This document shows, one piece after another, positions 1 to 11,389 of a stretch of DNA of 64,000 bases (within the stretch, counting starts at the first letter, position 1; each line of letters opens with the position of its first letter). The translations under genes and the position numbers were made by a program. Under the pieces are notes generated by a model that did not search any database, was not told the origin of the DNA, and saw only the letters and a program-made list of their open reading frames with translations. The stretch is from Takakia lepidozioides (taxonomy: Eukaryota > Plantae > Bryophyta), in NCBI GenBank assembly GCA_030704615.1, contig CM060734.1, positions 22,320,001 to 22,384,000 of the forward strand. The letters are read 5' to 3'.

Positions 1-637
1 ACATGGACCGTTTACCACTATGGCTCACGACCACTACAACGAGCCACTTTTTAGCAAACCTTTTAGGTTGCGTAGGCAGTTAGGCAAATGATCATTAACG
101 ACTGCAGGCTGTAACGGCTCTTTCGAGCATAGTATAAAAAGACTACACGAAACTTAGAGGGTGTGCAGTATGAGTATCAGTGATCAATGTGTATTTAGAG
201 GGACTCAGAGTGATTTTGTGATGATGTGACGAGCTCTGAAGTAAAGCCATGCTATTCGAAGTATCTCTGTGTAGAGTGAATGTGAGATGGAGGGAATGTG
301 CATTATGAGAGAACGTGAGATGGTGAGAATGTGTATCATCTCAGAATAGTTCTTGTTTTCTCTTGACTACCATCTGCTTGTAGGAACCAAGAGGCTTCAG
401 TCCTTTCGACTAAGATCTTTTATGCTTAAGAGACTGTAGATTGGGCTTAATCAATAGGATTAAGCAGCCTGCAGGGATATGGCTTCATCCGACGTTCATG
501 GTTTAGCTATCCTTAAAACGATTACTTCGTAATCGTTTGTGAAAGCATACCGTCGGACAACCTCTGTTGCATGTCTTAGGAAATGGGCAGTAGTGTTAAT
601 AGCCTGTTTTGTCTAAGTCATAAACCAGCAGTTAACA
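1..637 (+). mobile_element. LTR, family 1 (5' part cut by the window edge)
   Basis: Colinear and highly similar to 7090-7717; ends in ...CAGTTAACA like the solo LTR; contains a TATAAAA box. Confidence 0.85.
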
Positions 638-1406
638 GCAGTAGCACAATTGAAAATCAAGCACTGCTAATGAAGGCACATTCTTCAACACATTTCACCC
701 TGTTTTCCCCTTTTATCAAAATCGGCCCTAAATTTTCATGTTGAATTCTGCAAGTTAGTTGTTGAGTGAATTTAGTTTGGAGTGACTTTGACATGATACG
801 GGGGTTGCTATTCCATATGCCTGCGTGCATGCATGCACAAAATCCCTTATTATATATGCATGTGACAAATTTGTATGCACACATTGTAGATTGTATGCAG
901 TGGAGTTATATAACATAGAATACGACGTATTTATTGCATATGCAAATGTTACATCATATGTATAGAAAAAAAATAAAAATAAAATCTTAGCTAACAAAAT
1001 CAGTAGTCAATGGTCAAAGATGCATGTGACCCCTAACTCCAACTAATGCACCACCTTAAACTGAAGAGAATACAAGATCCCTGGCCAAAGTAATAGTTTG
1101 CAAACTTGTATTCAAGGAAAACAGTTTCATATTAACCAAAATATGGACTTTTGTACTAACAAATGCATGTGTGTCATGTTTGGAACCACCACATTGCATG
1201 TCTGTTTGTAATGCCAAGCAGTTCTATAATTTGAAAACTTGTATGACAGGTACACAAGTTCCATTTTAACCAAAATAGGAACTTTTGTACTAACAAATGT
1301 TATGTGTCATGTTTGGAATAAAGTAGTAACAAGATAATTACATGTCACATGCATGAAAATGAACGGCACAAGTTAGAGGTTTTTTTTTTGTGCATTTCAT
1401 GTGTCA

Positions 1407-3420
1407 CTAAGAAGTTGAACTAGGGTCCTTCTTTAGCATAGCCCTAACCTCTAACTGGCTAAGGGAAGGTTGGTGGATCTCATAAGCCCCGGCGCATCCT
1501 ATATGCACGTTGTACATGAAGTACATGTGCTTACAAGGTAGATATGTTTGTTTTTTCTTCTTGACAGATAGCTCATCAAAGTCGGGACAATCACAAGATG
1601 GAAACTAACCAATGTATGCATTGTAAGCCAATCCTGCTATGGTAGATCCCTCTGTTTGTAGCTGGTAAATTCTCCCATAACCTGGCTGAGGCAAGTTTCT
1701 GAATCCACGAACCTCAGCAATAAGAGTCTCCGTTGACTCTTGGCGACTCAAGTGTCGAGGAGTTGGATCCCGACGCCGAATGCGCACCCCATAGCGTGTA
1801 GTGGGATACCTACCCACAGGAAGGACAACACCTTGATGAATATGTTGTTTCACTGGAAGTGGTCCCACAGGAAAGTTCGGATCAGGAACGTTGGGAGGAT
1901 GGACTAGTCAAAAACCTGCAAGGGTCAAGTTGTCCACCTCTTCTTGTGTAAGGTTGGTTCCAACCTTCACAGGCCACACGTTAGGTATACCCGGTTTTCC
2001 CAAGCAATAGGATGGCACGGTCCCTCCAACACACGACAAAACATCTGTGGGGCAAAACCAAAAAACTTGCAGTTTTGGTTCTTTCATGTTCGGTGCTAGT
2101 AACTTGCCAGTGAAGCAAGGTGCAGGACTTCCTTTACCTTTCCTGATGAACGCTTTGCATTTATCCTTGGAAACTCCAACCAAGGCAGAACAACGAACCA
2201 TGGAAGTAGGACCTGTCCGCTGAATCCTGAACAATGCATCGGAAAAGTCTTGTGTCTCTCTCACTGGATTTCCCCATTGCATTGGCTGAGGAGGGATAGC
2301 AACATGTGGATTTGTCTCACATAAAGTCGAAGAACCAGGAATGTCATGACTTGATTTGGAGCTGACAAACCTAGATGGCTGGTGTGGACTGGGCATCCCA
2401 GTGGCGCGCATTGGAATGGTCTTTACATTCATATCACACCTCCAAGATTTGTTTGGCCCACCATGCTCATCGCCTAACTTGCGTTTGACAAGAACAGTGC
2501 GATTGTCTTCCTCCAATTGAACCCCCCTTGTGTGCATGGGTGTTCCAGCTACTATGCCACGTACAACCTTACCCATTTTTGCTGGGCTATTAGATCTAGC
2601 TGCTTGACGCAACATGAACTCCTCTTTGTCGGGCCCCGTCCCCCATGTCTTTCCTGTGGTGTGCCTGTAAAATGTTGTCTGCTGCAAAAGAGCTCGTGAC
2701 ATGTCATGCATGGTGGCCTCATATAGATCCACCTTCATTTTTTTTCCCATTGCCTGCTGTCTTCCACCAAGCAGAATGGACTGCCTCAGACAAATTAGTG
2801 GTAGGCATATCTGCATCTGCCTCCACATCCATGTCCTCTCTCATCCATTGGCCCCACATTCAATATCTGTAGTGCCACCATGCAAGCCATGAATCCAGTT
2901 TTGGCAGACTCTTTTCTGTGCATGCTCCTGAAGAGAGCCACCAAGCCCGAATTGCAATGTATGTGGTTGTAGCATCCTCCAAGGTAGCACTATCTTCCAT
3001 TCATAACAGAGTTGAGTGTGCCTTTCACGAAAGTCCTCCAAGATATAGTCGTTGGTGTGTCTTCGGAGGCTTTCAGCCCAATGATATAAACATGTTCTTT
3101 CTTTACCTTCCATTGGGACATTGGGATCAGATCCATAAACCCTCCGAACAGCAGCCCAATTCGCTCCTGCTGCATCCGCCATGAAGCCAGCAAAATTTGG
3201 CTTGTTCAAGCCAGCAAGTTTTGCTTGTTCATTGATCATCTCCCAGAATAACACTTGAGCATCTGCATCCTCTGTTTTCATATCGCAAATGGCAATGGTC
3301 ATCATTCGCTTGACATATGGTTCATAGACATGCAAGAGTTGTCCAATCCTTGATGCGTTTGACATGGTCAAATACTACCCAACTTATGCGTAGATCCCCC
3401 TCACTCATGCGACGTACAAG
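1407..3420 (-). pseudogene. Mutator-like (MULE) DDE transposase, subfamily C; 5'-deleted, frameshifted, with C-terminal SWIM zinc finger
   Basis: HVY..KRMMTIAICDMK, GFMADAAGANWAAVRRVYG, KERTCLYHW (CxxH) and TNLSEAVHSAW (frameshifted); Cys-rich segment 1908-2230; SWIM PSCDCPDF...PCKHMYF read by hand at 1500-1600; homologous to 53408-54801. Confidence 0.85.
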
Positions 3421-3829
3421 ATCAGGGCCCTCATGAAATTTGTCGTGCCCTCAACCTAAGCGAGGGTTTTAGCGTGACCCAGTGGAACTCCATTTTTGTG
3501 GTTTTTCTCATTGACACCATATTTTGCCGTTTTCGTGGCGTATAGCGGGCCTCGGTCAGGATGCTCTGAGTGCTCCAACAGAGCTGGGTGCAGAACGCTC
3601 AGGCTTTTGAATCCATTGTTTAGAGAGACGTCGCTATTTTCCCGTGTGTCAAGAGGTCGAGGGTTGAAACCCATTGTCACCCCCCCCCCCCCCCCCCCCT
3701 TTCCATGTCAACCTATTGTTTACGAGAATGACGTTGCACCACGTGGCCTCTCGACAGGTGCGGGGTTCAAACCCACTCCCCTGCCCCTGCCCCTGCCCCT
3801 GATTTACTCATAGGCAAGAATAAGAATAA

Positions 3830-4666
3830 GCAGCTGGCGGTCGTTTAATTTCTGAAAATTAAAAAACACAGCGACCGCCACTGTTGGCAGTCGCTTCATT
3901 TTTTTAAATTAAGAATAAACAGCGACCGCCACAATTGGTGGTCGCTTTCTTTTCTTTTCTCTAAAAATATAACACGACCGCCAATATGGCGGTCTCTTTA
4001 TTTTATTTTTCTAAAACTATAATGCGACAGTCAATATGGCGGTTGCTTCATATTTTAAATTAAAAAAAAATCTGCCAATTTTGCGGTCGATTAATTTTTC
4101 TTTTGAAAAAAACAACGACTGCCAATTTGGTGGCCGCATTATTTTCTTAAGAAAATATGAAGCGACCACTATATTAGCAGTCGCTTAATTTTTAAAAAAT
4201 AGAACAAAGAAGCCACCGCCAATTTGGGGTCGCTTAATTTCTTAAAAACAAAAAATAACGACCGCCAATTTGGTGGTCGCTTCATATTTTAAAAGCATGA
4301 CGCCTTCCGAAGGGAGCGTAAGGTAGTGGTCGCTTCCAGGTGTTTTTTCTTTTCTTTTCTTTTCTATATATTTTTTTAATTTTGGAATGGATTTCTTAAT
4401 ATGACCGCCATATTGGCGGTCGCTTAATTTTTTTAAATAAGAAAAAAACGAGCGACCGCCAATCTGCGGTCGCTTCTCTTTTTTCAAAATAAAAACAATC
4501 AACGACTGCCAATCTGGCGGTTGCTTCATTTTTTTAAAAATAAAAAATAGCTGCGACTGCCCATTTAGCGGTCGCTTCATTTCTTTAAAAAAGAAAAACA
4601 AACGGAGGCCATTTAGTGGACGTACGAATTTTTTTCTTGAAATTAAAAAAAATTGTAGCGGTCGCC
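3830..4666. repeat. Array of ~15 palindromes GCGACCGCCA(N3-5)TGGCGGTCGC in AT-rich spacers, ~47-50-bp period
   Basis: Copies at about 3871, 3922, 3974, 4024, 4116, 4162, 4258, 4403, 4452, 4503 and 4553; lies upstream of the subfamily C transposase. Confidence 0.85.
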
Positions 4667-4699
4667 AAGATGCAAATCATGCTGCAATGGTCTATCATG

Positions 4700-5620
4700 G
4701 ATACCACTGTATCCCTTTAATTTGTTGGCATTGACTCTGCCACGCATTTCTTTGTAATTATTTGTAACATAGCTGTGTTGTTATCATACATCTTCTGTAT
4801 GACATAAGGTCCCTTCCATGGTGATTTAAGCTTAGAAGCTTTAATCTTCCCCTTCTTATGCAACCACACTACCAAATCTCATGTCCTAAAAGTTTTTAGT
4901 TTGCCTTCATCAAACCGATCCTTTCTTTTCATCTGGAATTATGGCCATGTTATCTACTCCATCAGCACGTACTTCTTCCACATGATATAGTTCATGTTTC
5001 CTTACTTTGATTGAATCCTCCAATTCCATTATCCTTCCTCATTTAGTTCTCATGGTAGGCAATAAGAATTCCACTGGAAGTAAAGCTTCCATGCCATAGA
5101 CTAATTGAAATGGTGTATACTTGGTAGTGACTTTGTATGAAGTCCTGTAAGACCACAAAGCTGTTAACAGTTTTGTATCCCAATCAGTTCTGTTGGCATT
5201 GACTATCTTAGCCAAAATGGTGCACAATATCTTATTGGTAGCCTCTGCCTGCCCATTACCCTATGGGTAATAGGTTGTACTTTTCCTGTGCACAATCATG
5301 AACTCCTTGGTCAACAGTTCAATGGTCTCATTAATAAAATGACTCCCTTGGTCACTGATAAATTCTAAGGGAACCTAAACCTAAACCCTAAACCTGCTGG
5401 TAGTCTCTTCTCCATAATGTCCTCCAGCTATCCCTTTATGAATTTCTTCCAAAACTTTATTAATTTCATGATGGTACAAGCATCTCTTTAGGACTCCATT
5501 TGGTCCCAGCTTGTACAATTTCCCTCCTATTATAGTATATGGTAGGGCTTTAATGGCTATCATCTTCCTTTGTTCCTTCCCATAACTAGATGGGCATTGT
5601 CCATGAGTTAGGTAATATCT
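4700..5620 (-). pseudogene. pol: Ty3 integrase remnant (internal deletion removes the CxxC and first catalytic region)
   Basis: IHKGIAGGHYG, then VPLEFISDQGSHF, GNGQAEATNK, ALWSYRTSYK, TPFQLVYG and WKGPY (GPY/F module). Confidence 0.88.
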
Positions 5621-5719
5621 GATTGGCCACTGCCAATCTAACCAATCATCTGCTCCCACTTCCACTGCAAATAAACTTGCATCAGGCAGTACCCCTGTGG
5701 CGGGTTCTCCTGTTGAAAG

Positions 5720-6854
5720 GCGTGACAAGTGATCTGCCACAAGATGCAAACGTCCAGGTTTGTAAACAACTTCAAATTCAAACTCATGCAGTATAATCAG
5801 CCATCTTGCTATCCTTCCACTTATCAAAGGTTTGTTCACCAAATAAATCAGAGCCTGATGATCCACATAGAACATAAATTTCCTTCCCAACAATTAATGC
5901 CTGAACTTCTTGACTGAATGAATCATTGCCAAAACTTATCTTTCGGTGGTGCTATAGTTCCTTTCAGCACTGTTCAACAGTCTGCTAGCATAATACACCG
6001 GTGAATCTATGTTTCCTGTTACATTTTGGGCTAACACAGCTCCCAATGTTTCTCCTGAGGCATCACAATGTACATGAAATACCATATGCCAATGTGGGTT
6101 AATCAGCACAAGTGTAGTTGTACTTGACAATGTAAGTTCCTCGAAGGCGTGTTGGCACTCAGCTGTTCATGCAAACCCTGCATCCTTCTTCAAGAGTTTA
6201 CTCATTGGTGCAGCGCCCATTTGTGCATACCGTCTGATAAACCTTCTGTAGTAACTGGTTTGTCCAAGGAACCTCCTTAGAGCCTTAACGCTACTTGGTG
6301 GTGGAGAGGCTTTAATAGCCTCTATCTTTCTAGGATCTCCAAGCAGTCCTTTCTGACACACAATGTGTCCCAAAAGAACTCTTGAGTTCACACACAAAGT
6401 ACATTTTTCTGGATTCAGCCCAAGACCCCTCATCCTACATCTGGCCAAACATAATTCCAATTTCTGCAAGTGCTCATTCTTAGAGTTGTAAACACTGAAG
6501 TCATCTAAGAACACTTGCATGAAATTATCCAAGTACTCATGGAAAGATTCACTGATCACTCTCTGGAAAGTTGCTGGTGCATTACAGAGTCCAAAAGGCA
6601 TGACTTTGTATGCATAAGCACCCCAGTCTGTGATGAAAGCAGTCTTTCCCTGGTCTTCTTGAGCTATTTGTACTTGGTTATACCCACTGAAGCCATCCAT
6701 GAATGAGTATATCTCATGCCCTGCCACAGTATCCAGCACAACTTTTGTGAATGGCAACGAAAATGGATCCTTCTTTGTGCAATCATTCAGTTTCTTGTAG
6801 TTAACACAAACTCTTTGTTTTCCATTCTTCTTTGGTACTATCACAATGGGTGAT
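5720..6854 (-). pseudogene. pol: Ty3 reverse transcriptase and RNase H
   Basis: SPIVIVPKKNGK, DGFSGYNQV, MPFGLCNAPATFQR, FLDDF, FLGQTSYYRRFI; CDASGETLGAVLAQ, ERNYSTTER, VDHQAL, VADHLSR. Confidence 0.95.
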
Positions 6855-7717
6855 TGATAACGGCTAAGATACAAGGGCTAGACAGCGAGGGTCACGATGA
6901 GACATACCGGGTGGTGATTGGTTTACACTACGGGCAGAAAAGGCTAAGTACGCGCACTTAGCAAACGGCAGAACAAGGGTACATTACCACGGGAGCAGTA
7001 GTGGGTAGTGTAGCAACTGTGGGCCGTGAACCATGATATCACACGGCCACGTTAGCATCGGCTTTTACTAATAGAGGAAGTAGTGAAGGACCGTGGACCG
7101 TGTACCACTATGGCACACGACCACTACAACGAGCCACTTTTTTAGCAAACCCTTTAGGTTGCGTAGGCAGCTAGGCAACGGTCATTAACGACTGCAGGCT
7201 GTAACGGCTCTTTCGAGCATAGTATAAAAGGGCTGCACGCGACTTAGAAGGTATCAGTGTGTATTCAGTGGACTCAGAGTGATTCGATGTGTACTTATGC
7301 TATGATGTGATGAACTCTGAAGTAAAGCCATGCTATTCCAAGTATCTCTGTGTAGAGTGAACGTGAGATGGAGAGAATGTGCATTATGAGAGAACGTGAG
7401 ATGGTGAGAATGTGTATCATCTCAGAGTAGCTCTTGTTTTGTCTTGACTACCATCTGACTGTATGAACAAAGAGGCTTCAGCCTTCCGACTAAGATCTTT
7501 TAGGGTACTGAGACTGTAGGTTGGGCTTAATCAATAGGATTAAGTAACCTGCAGAGATATTGATTCATACGACGGCCATGGTTTAGCTATCCTTAAAACG
7601 ATTACTTTGTAATCATTTATGAAAGCATACTGTCGGACAACCTCTGTTGCATGTCTTGGGAAATGGGCAGTAGTGCTGAGAGCCTGTTTTGTCTAAGTCA
7701 TAAACAAGCGGTTAACA
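6855..7717 (+). mobile_element. Solo LTR, family 1, inserted in the RT
   Basis: TGATAACGGCT...AGCGGTTAACA termini; 5-bp TSD GTGAT at 6850-6854 and 7718-7722; removing it restores TTWLSPIVIVPKK. Confidence 0.95.
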
Positions 7718-9517
7718 GTGATAGCCACGTTGTGTACTCTATCGGGTATATGAACTGAGCATCAGCCAGTTTCTTGATCTCCTCTCCCACCTTCTGTGCA
7801 TAATTAGGATTCATTATGTACCGTGCTTGGTTAACTGGTATAGAATCAGGTTCCAACTCAATCTTATGTTAGCAAATCTCAGGTGGTATCCCTTTCAAGT
7901 CTTCATAACTCCATGCAAATACATCCTTGTATTTTATGAACAAACTTTTGGCTTCCTCAAAGAATTCAGGTTCCAAGTCTGCTCCTATTTTAACCATTCT
8001 TGGTTCTTCCTCAGTTCCCACATTCACTTCTCTCACCTGCTCTTCAACTGTGATTGTCCATCCAGCCACTACTTCATCCTGCAAACTAACAGTGGCTGGT
8101 TCCTCTAGGATTTATATTTCTCCCTCTCTTTCTTCATAGAAATGTGGTGGGTAACTGCTTGTTTCCCCCTCTATTGGTGTTGCTGTTACTGCACCACAAT
8201 ATATACCTTTGAAACAACTTAGTCCTCCCAGTTACATTTCTGCAATCTGCTCCTACTCTGGGTGTGCAGCAAACAGAGTAGCCTCCTGCTCTTCATCAAG
8301 TCCTCCCCTCCAGTCATATTCCCTAACTCCACGAGGTCTTATGGTAGCAGGTAGTCTACCTGATTTCTTAGTTGAAATTTGTATTTTGTGCTTATCTTTG
8401 CGCACAGTTAGAATATGAGTATTCCAGTCATGAAATACCTTGGCCTGTTTCAGCCATGGTCATCCTAGCAATAAGGAATAAGCTTCCACCACATCATCCA
8501 TTTTCAATACAGTCACGGTGATCTTAAAGACTAACTTTTGAATCTGTATTTTTACTCCTCTTATCAAACCCAATGGCTATACACTTCTTTGATCTGCCAT
8601 TGTTACTGTGAATGGGGCTGGTTTCATGTTACTCAGGCCAAGCTTCTGCCTGAATTGGTCTGTCATGAGATTCACTCCTGAGCCTTCATCTATCAATACA
8701 TCAGTAAAGTCTGTGCTTTCAATTCTTAATTGGATTACTGGCATGGAATCATCAAAGTCCATGATAGTTTCTCGCCTTTCAGGCTTCTCATTGTAGCTTG
8801 TCACCTTGCTGTTCAGGTCTGTATTTTCTGTCACATGAGCAATCTGATTGATTGCTTGATACAGCCTGTATCTACAGTGGAGTGCCACAGCCAATAGCTG
8901 CCCAATTGTAATCTCAGCTTTGGACGGGCATATCACTTCAGCCAATGCCCCTTCATTATTCTGCACCTGTGAAGCATCTTGCTTCACTTCATCTTTACTT
9001 CTTCATTTTCTTCTTCTGAGTCTGTTGACTCTGCTATAGGGATATCTATCTCCTTCTGCATTTCCCTTATAGTTTCTGCCACTTCCTTGTGCAGTTCCTT
9101 CTCATCTCTCCATGCCTCATCATCTTCAGGCACATCACTATCATCTTCATTCACATCTTCCTCCTCATCCACTGGAGGTAATAGTTTAGCCTTGCTTCTG
9201 GTAACTATCATTGTACTTACTTCTGGTACAAAACATGGCATAACCATGTGAGCTGCCACTACCGGGCCTTCATTCACCGGGATTCTCACCTCATTCTGGT
9301 GTCTAATCCAGATTGGACAGGTTGCCTTGCGATGTCCTGTTTGGTTACAATAGTAACACAGTTCTTCACCATTGGGTCCTCGCCCTTGGTCCATTTTGGG
9401 ATTATTTCTATAATCCTGATTCCCTGGCTGGTAATTCCCCCTTGAATTACCCTGGTAGTTGCCTCTGGGATTGCCTTGGTAATTCCCTCTTGGATTAGCT
9501 CTTCTTGCCATATCATT
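7718..9517 (-). pseudogene. pol: Ty3 gag C-terminus (CCHC knuckle), aspartic protease and RT N-terminus
   Basis: CYYCNQTGHRKATC; VLIDEGSGVNLM; YSLLLG.PWL; KYKDVFAWSYEDLKGIPPEI. Confidence 0.88.
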
Positions 9518-9754
9518 GAGGTTTGCTATTTCATGAGCATGAGCGGCATGAGCAGAGTAGTAACACAATCGGTTTTCATGAGCAGAAGTACAAATTTCGA
9601 AAATAAAAAACAATAAAAAACTAATTTAATGCAATGTGTCAGAAAAAACAAATATATTATTCGGCCCCTTGAAGGGAAAATTGCACTTTTGACAGTTGTG
9701 CTCATGATATTTCGTCTTCCGCTCATGCCAATTCCCAGCGACATGTGCAAATAT

Positions 9755-10060
9755 GGCGCCGAATAGGTCTCTCTGGCGAAAAATGGTGCCGAATTCCGCG
9801 GCTATAGGTCCCCTCATGACAGGTAATTCGGCGCCATTTTTCCAGTGCATGTTCGGACTTAGCCAGTTTTCGGCCCAAAAAAGAGAAATTCGGCGCCATT
9901 TTTCCAGACACGGTACCAGTGCATGTTGGGACTTAGCCAGTTTTCGGCCCCAAAAAGAGAAATTCGGCGCCATTTTCCCAAACACAGGTACCAGTGCATG
10001 TTGGGACTTAGCGAGTTTTCGGCCCCAAAAAGAGAAATTCGGCGCCATTTTTCCAGAAAT
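9755..10060. repeat. Subterminal ~75-bp repeats with AAATTCGGCGCCATTTTTCC and GGGACTTAGCC motifs
   Basis: Three to four tandem units read directly from the sequence. Confidence 0.85.
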
Positions 10061-10212
10061 GGCCCCACAACTGCTTCTGTTGGATCTCAGTTTGAATGCA
10101 ATATTGCCTCATTCCAGGAGTTTTGGGGTGCATTTCATTACACTACAAAAAAAAAGTCTGATACAGCAAAATGCATTTGAAAATATCCATATGGAGGATT
10201 CCGTTTGCCCCA

Positions 10213-10445
10213 TCAATGATTTCTGGAATCCCTAAGGAGGAGTTTGTGCAGCTCGTTCACGCTCAACGCCGGTGCATGAATAAAGTCATCAATAGTCACG
10301 TTCATCCTCAACCTCTTCAGGTAAATGTAATACAGATGCTTGCACGGATAATACTTCGAACCCTTCTTTGCTTCCATCAACGAGAAGTCCGTACAGTTGC
10401 AAGTCGGCTCCACTCCAATCGTAATTGTGTATACATTGTCGCGTA
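10213..10445 (-). pseudogene. SWIM zinc-finger C-terminal remnant of the subfamily A transposase
   Basis: PTCNCTDF...YPCKHLYYIY...FIHAPALS; homologous to 1407-1600. Confidence 0.8.
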
Positions 10446-10539
10446 GGTAATTCTCATCTGGGAATTACCTGCACGAAGGTAATTTTTATATAGGAATTAC
10501 CTGCACGAAGGTAATTCCTCGCGCAGAAATACATGGCGA

Positions 10540-11180
10540 ATGGAAATTCGGCGCCGAATATCCATACGGCACCGATCCGACTTACCTGCTGGATGGAAAT
10601 TCGGCGCCGAATTTCCATTCATCCGGTATTTGAATTACCTGCAGGATGGAAATTCGGCGCCGAATCTCCATCCATCCGAGATTCCACTTACCTGCTGGAT
10701 GGAAATTCGGCGCCGAATTTCCATTCATCCGGGATTCGAATTACCTGCAGAATGGAAATTCGGTGCCGAATTACCTGCTTGAGGGAAATTTGGCGCACCG
10801 CCCTACCTGCGCGGATGGAAATTCGGCGCCGGATTTCCATCCGCGCGCTTCCGAATTACCTGCGTGAGGGAAATTTCCAGCGCCGCCCTACCTCCGCGGA
10901 TGGAAATTCGGCGCCGGATTTCCATCCGCGCTACCTGCGGGAGGGAAATTTCCAGCGCCGCCCTACCTCCGCGGATGGAAATTCGGCGCCGGATTTCCAT
11001 CCGCGGGCTTCCGAATTACCTGCGTGAGGGAAATTTCCACCGCCGCCCTTCCTCCGCGGATGGAAATTCGGCGCCGGATATCCATCCTGCTGCGCTCCGA
11101 ATTACCTGCAGGATGGAAATCCGTCGCCGGAATTCCATCGTGCAGCGCTCCGAATTACCTCTACGTTGGAAATTCCGGGA
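10540..11180. repeat. Palindrome array A (GGAAATTCGGCGCCGAATTTCC), 53-bp units plus longer derived units
   Basis: Cores at about 10542, 10595, 10648, 10701, 10754, 10817, 10902, 10977 and 11062. Confidence 0.9.
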
Positions 11181-11389
11181 CTGTTTACGTCGATTTTCAT
11201 CCGACATGGAGGGCTTCATCCGACATTTAATTGCGCAGTTGGGCAATAAATGTCGACGGCCGTCGGTTATTATTCGGGCTGGCGACGCATGGCTTCCTAG
11301 ACACGTACCCTAAATCTCATGCTAAACTTGGCTTAACATGGTATTCCAGGCATGTACCCCAAAAAAGGAGATCTTTTTGGCTGGGACTT

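Noticed and set aside
1-7717. Family-1 LTRs at 1-637 and 6855-7717 as one element
   Set aside because: The second LTR has its own TSD on both sides (solo LTR), and the intervening genes belong to other elements on the opposite strand.
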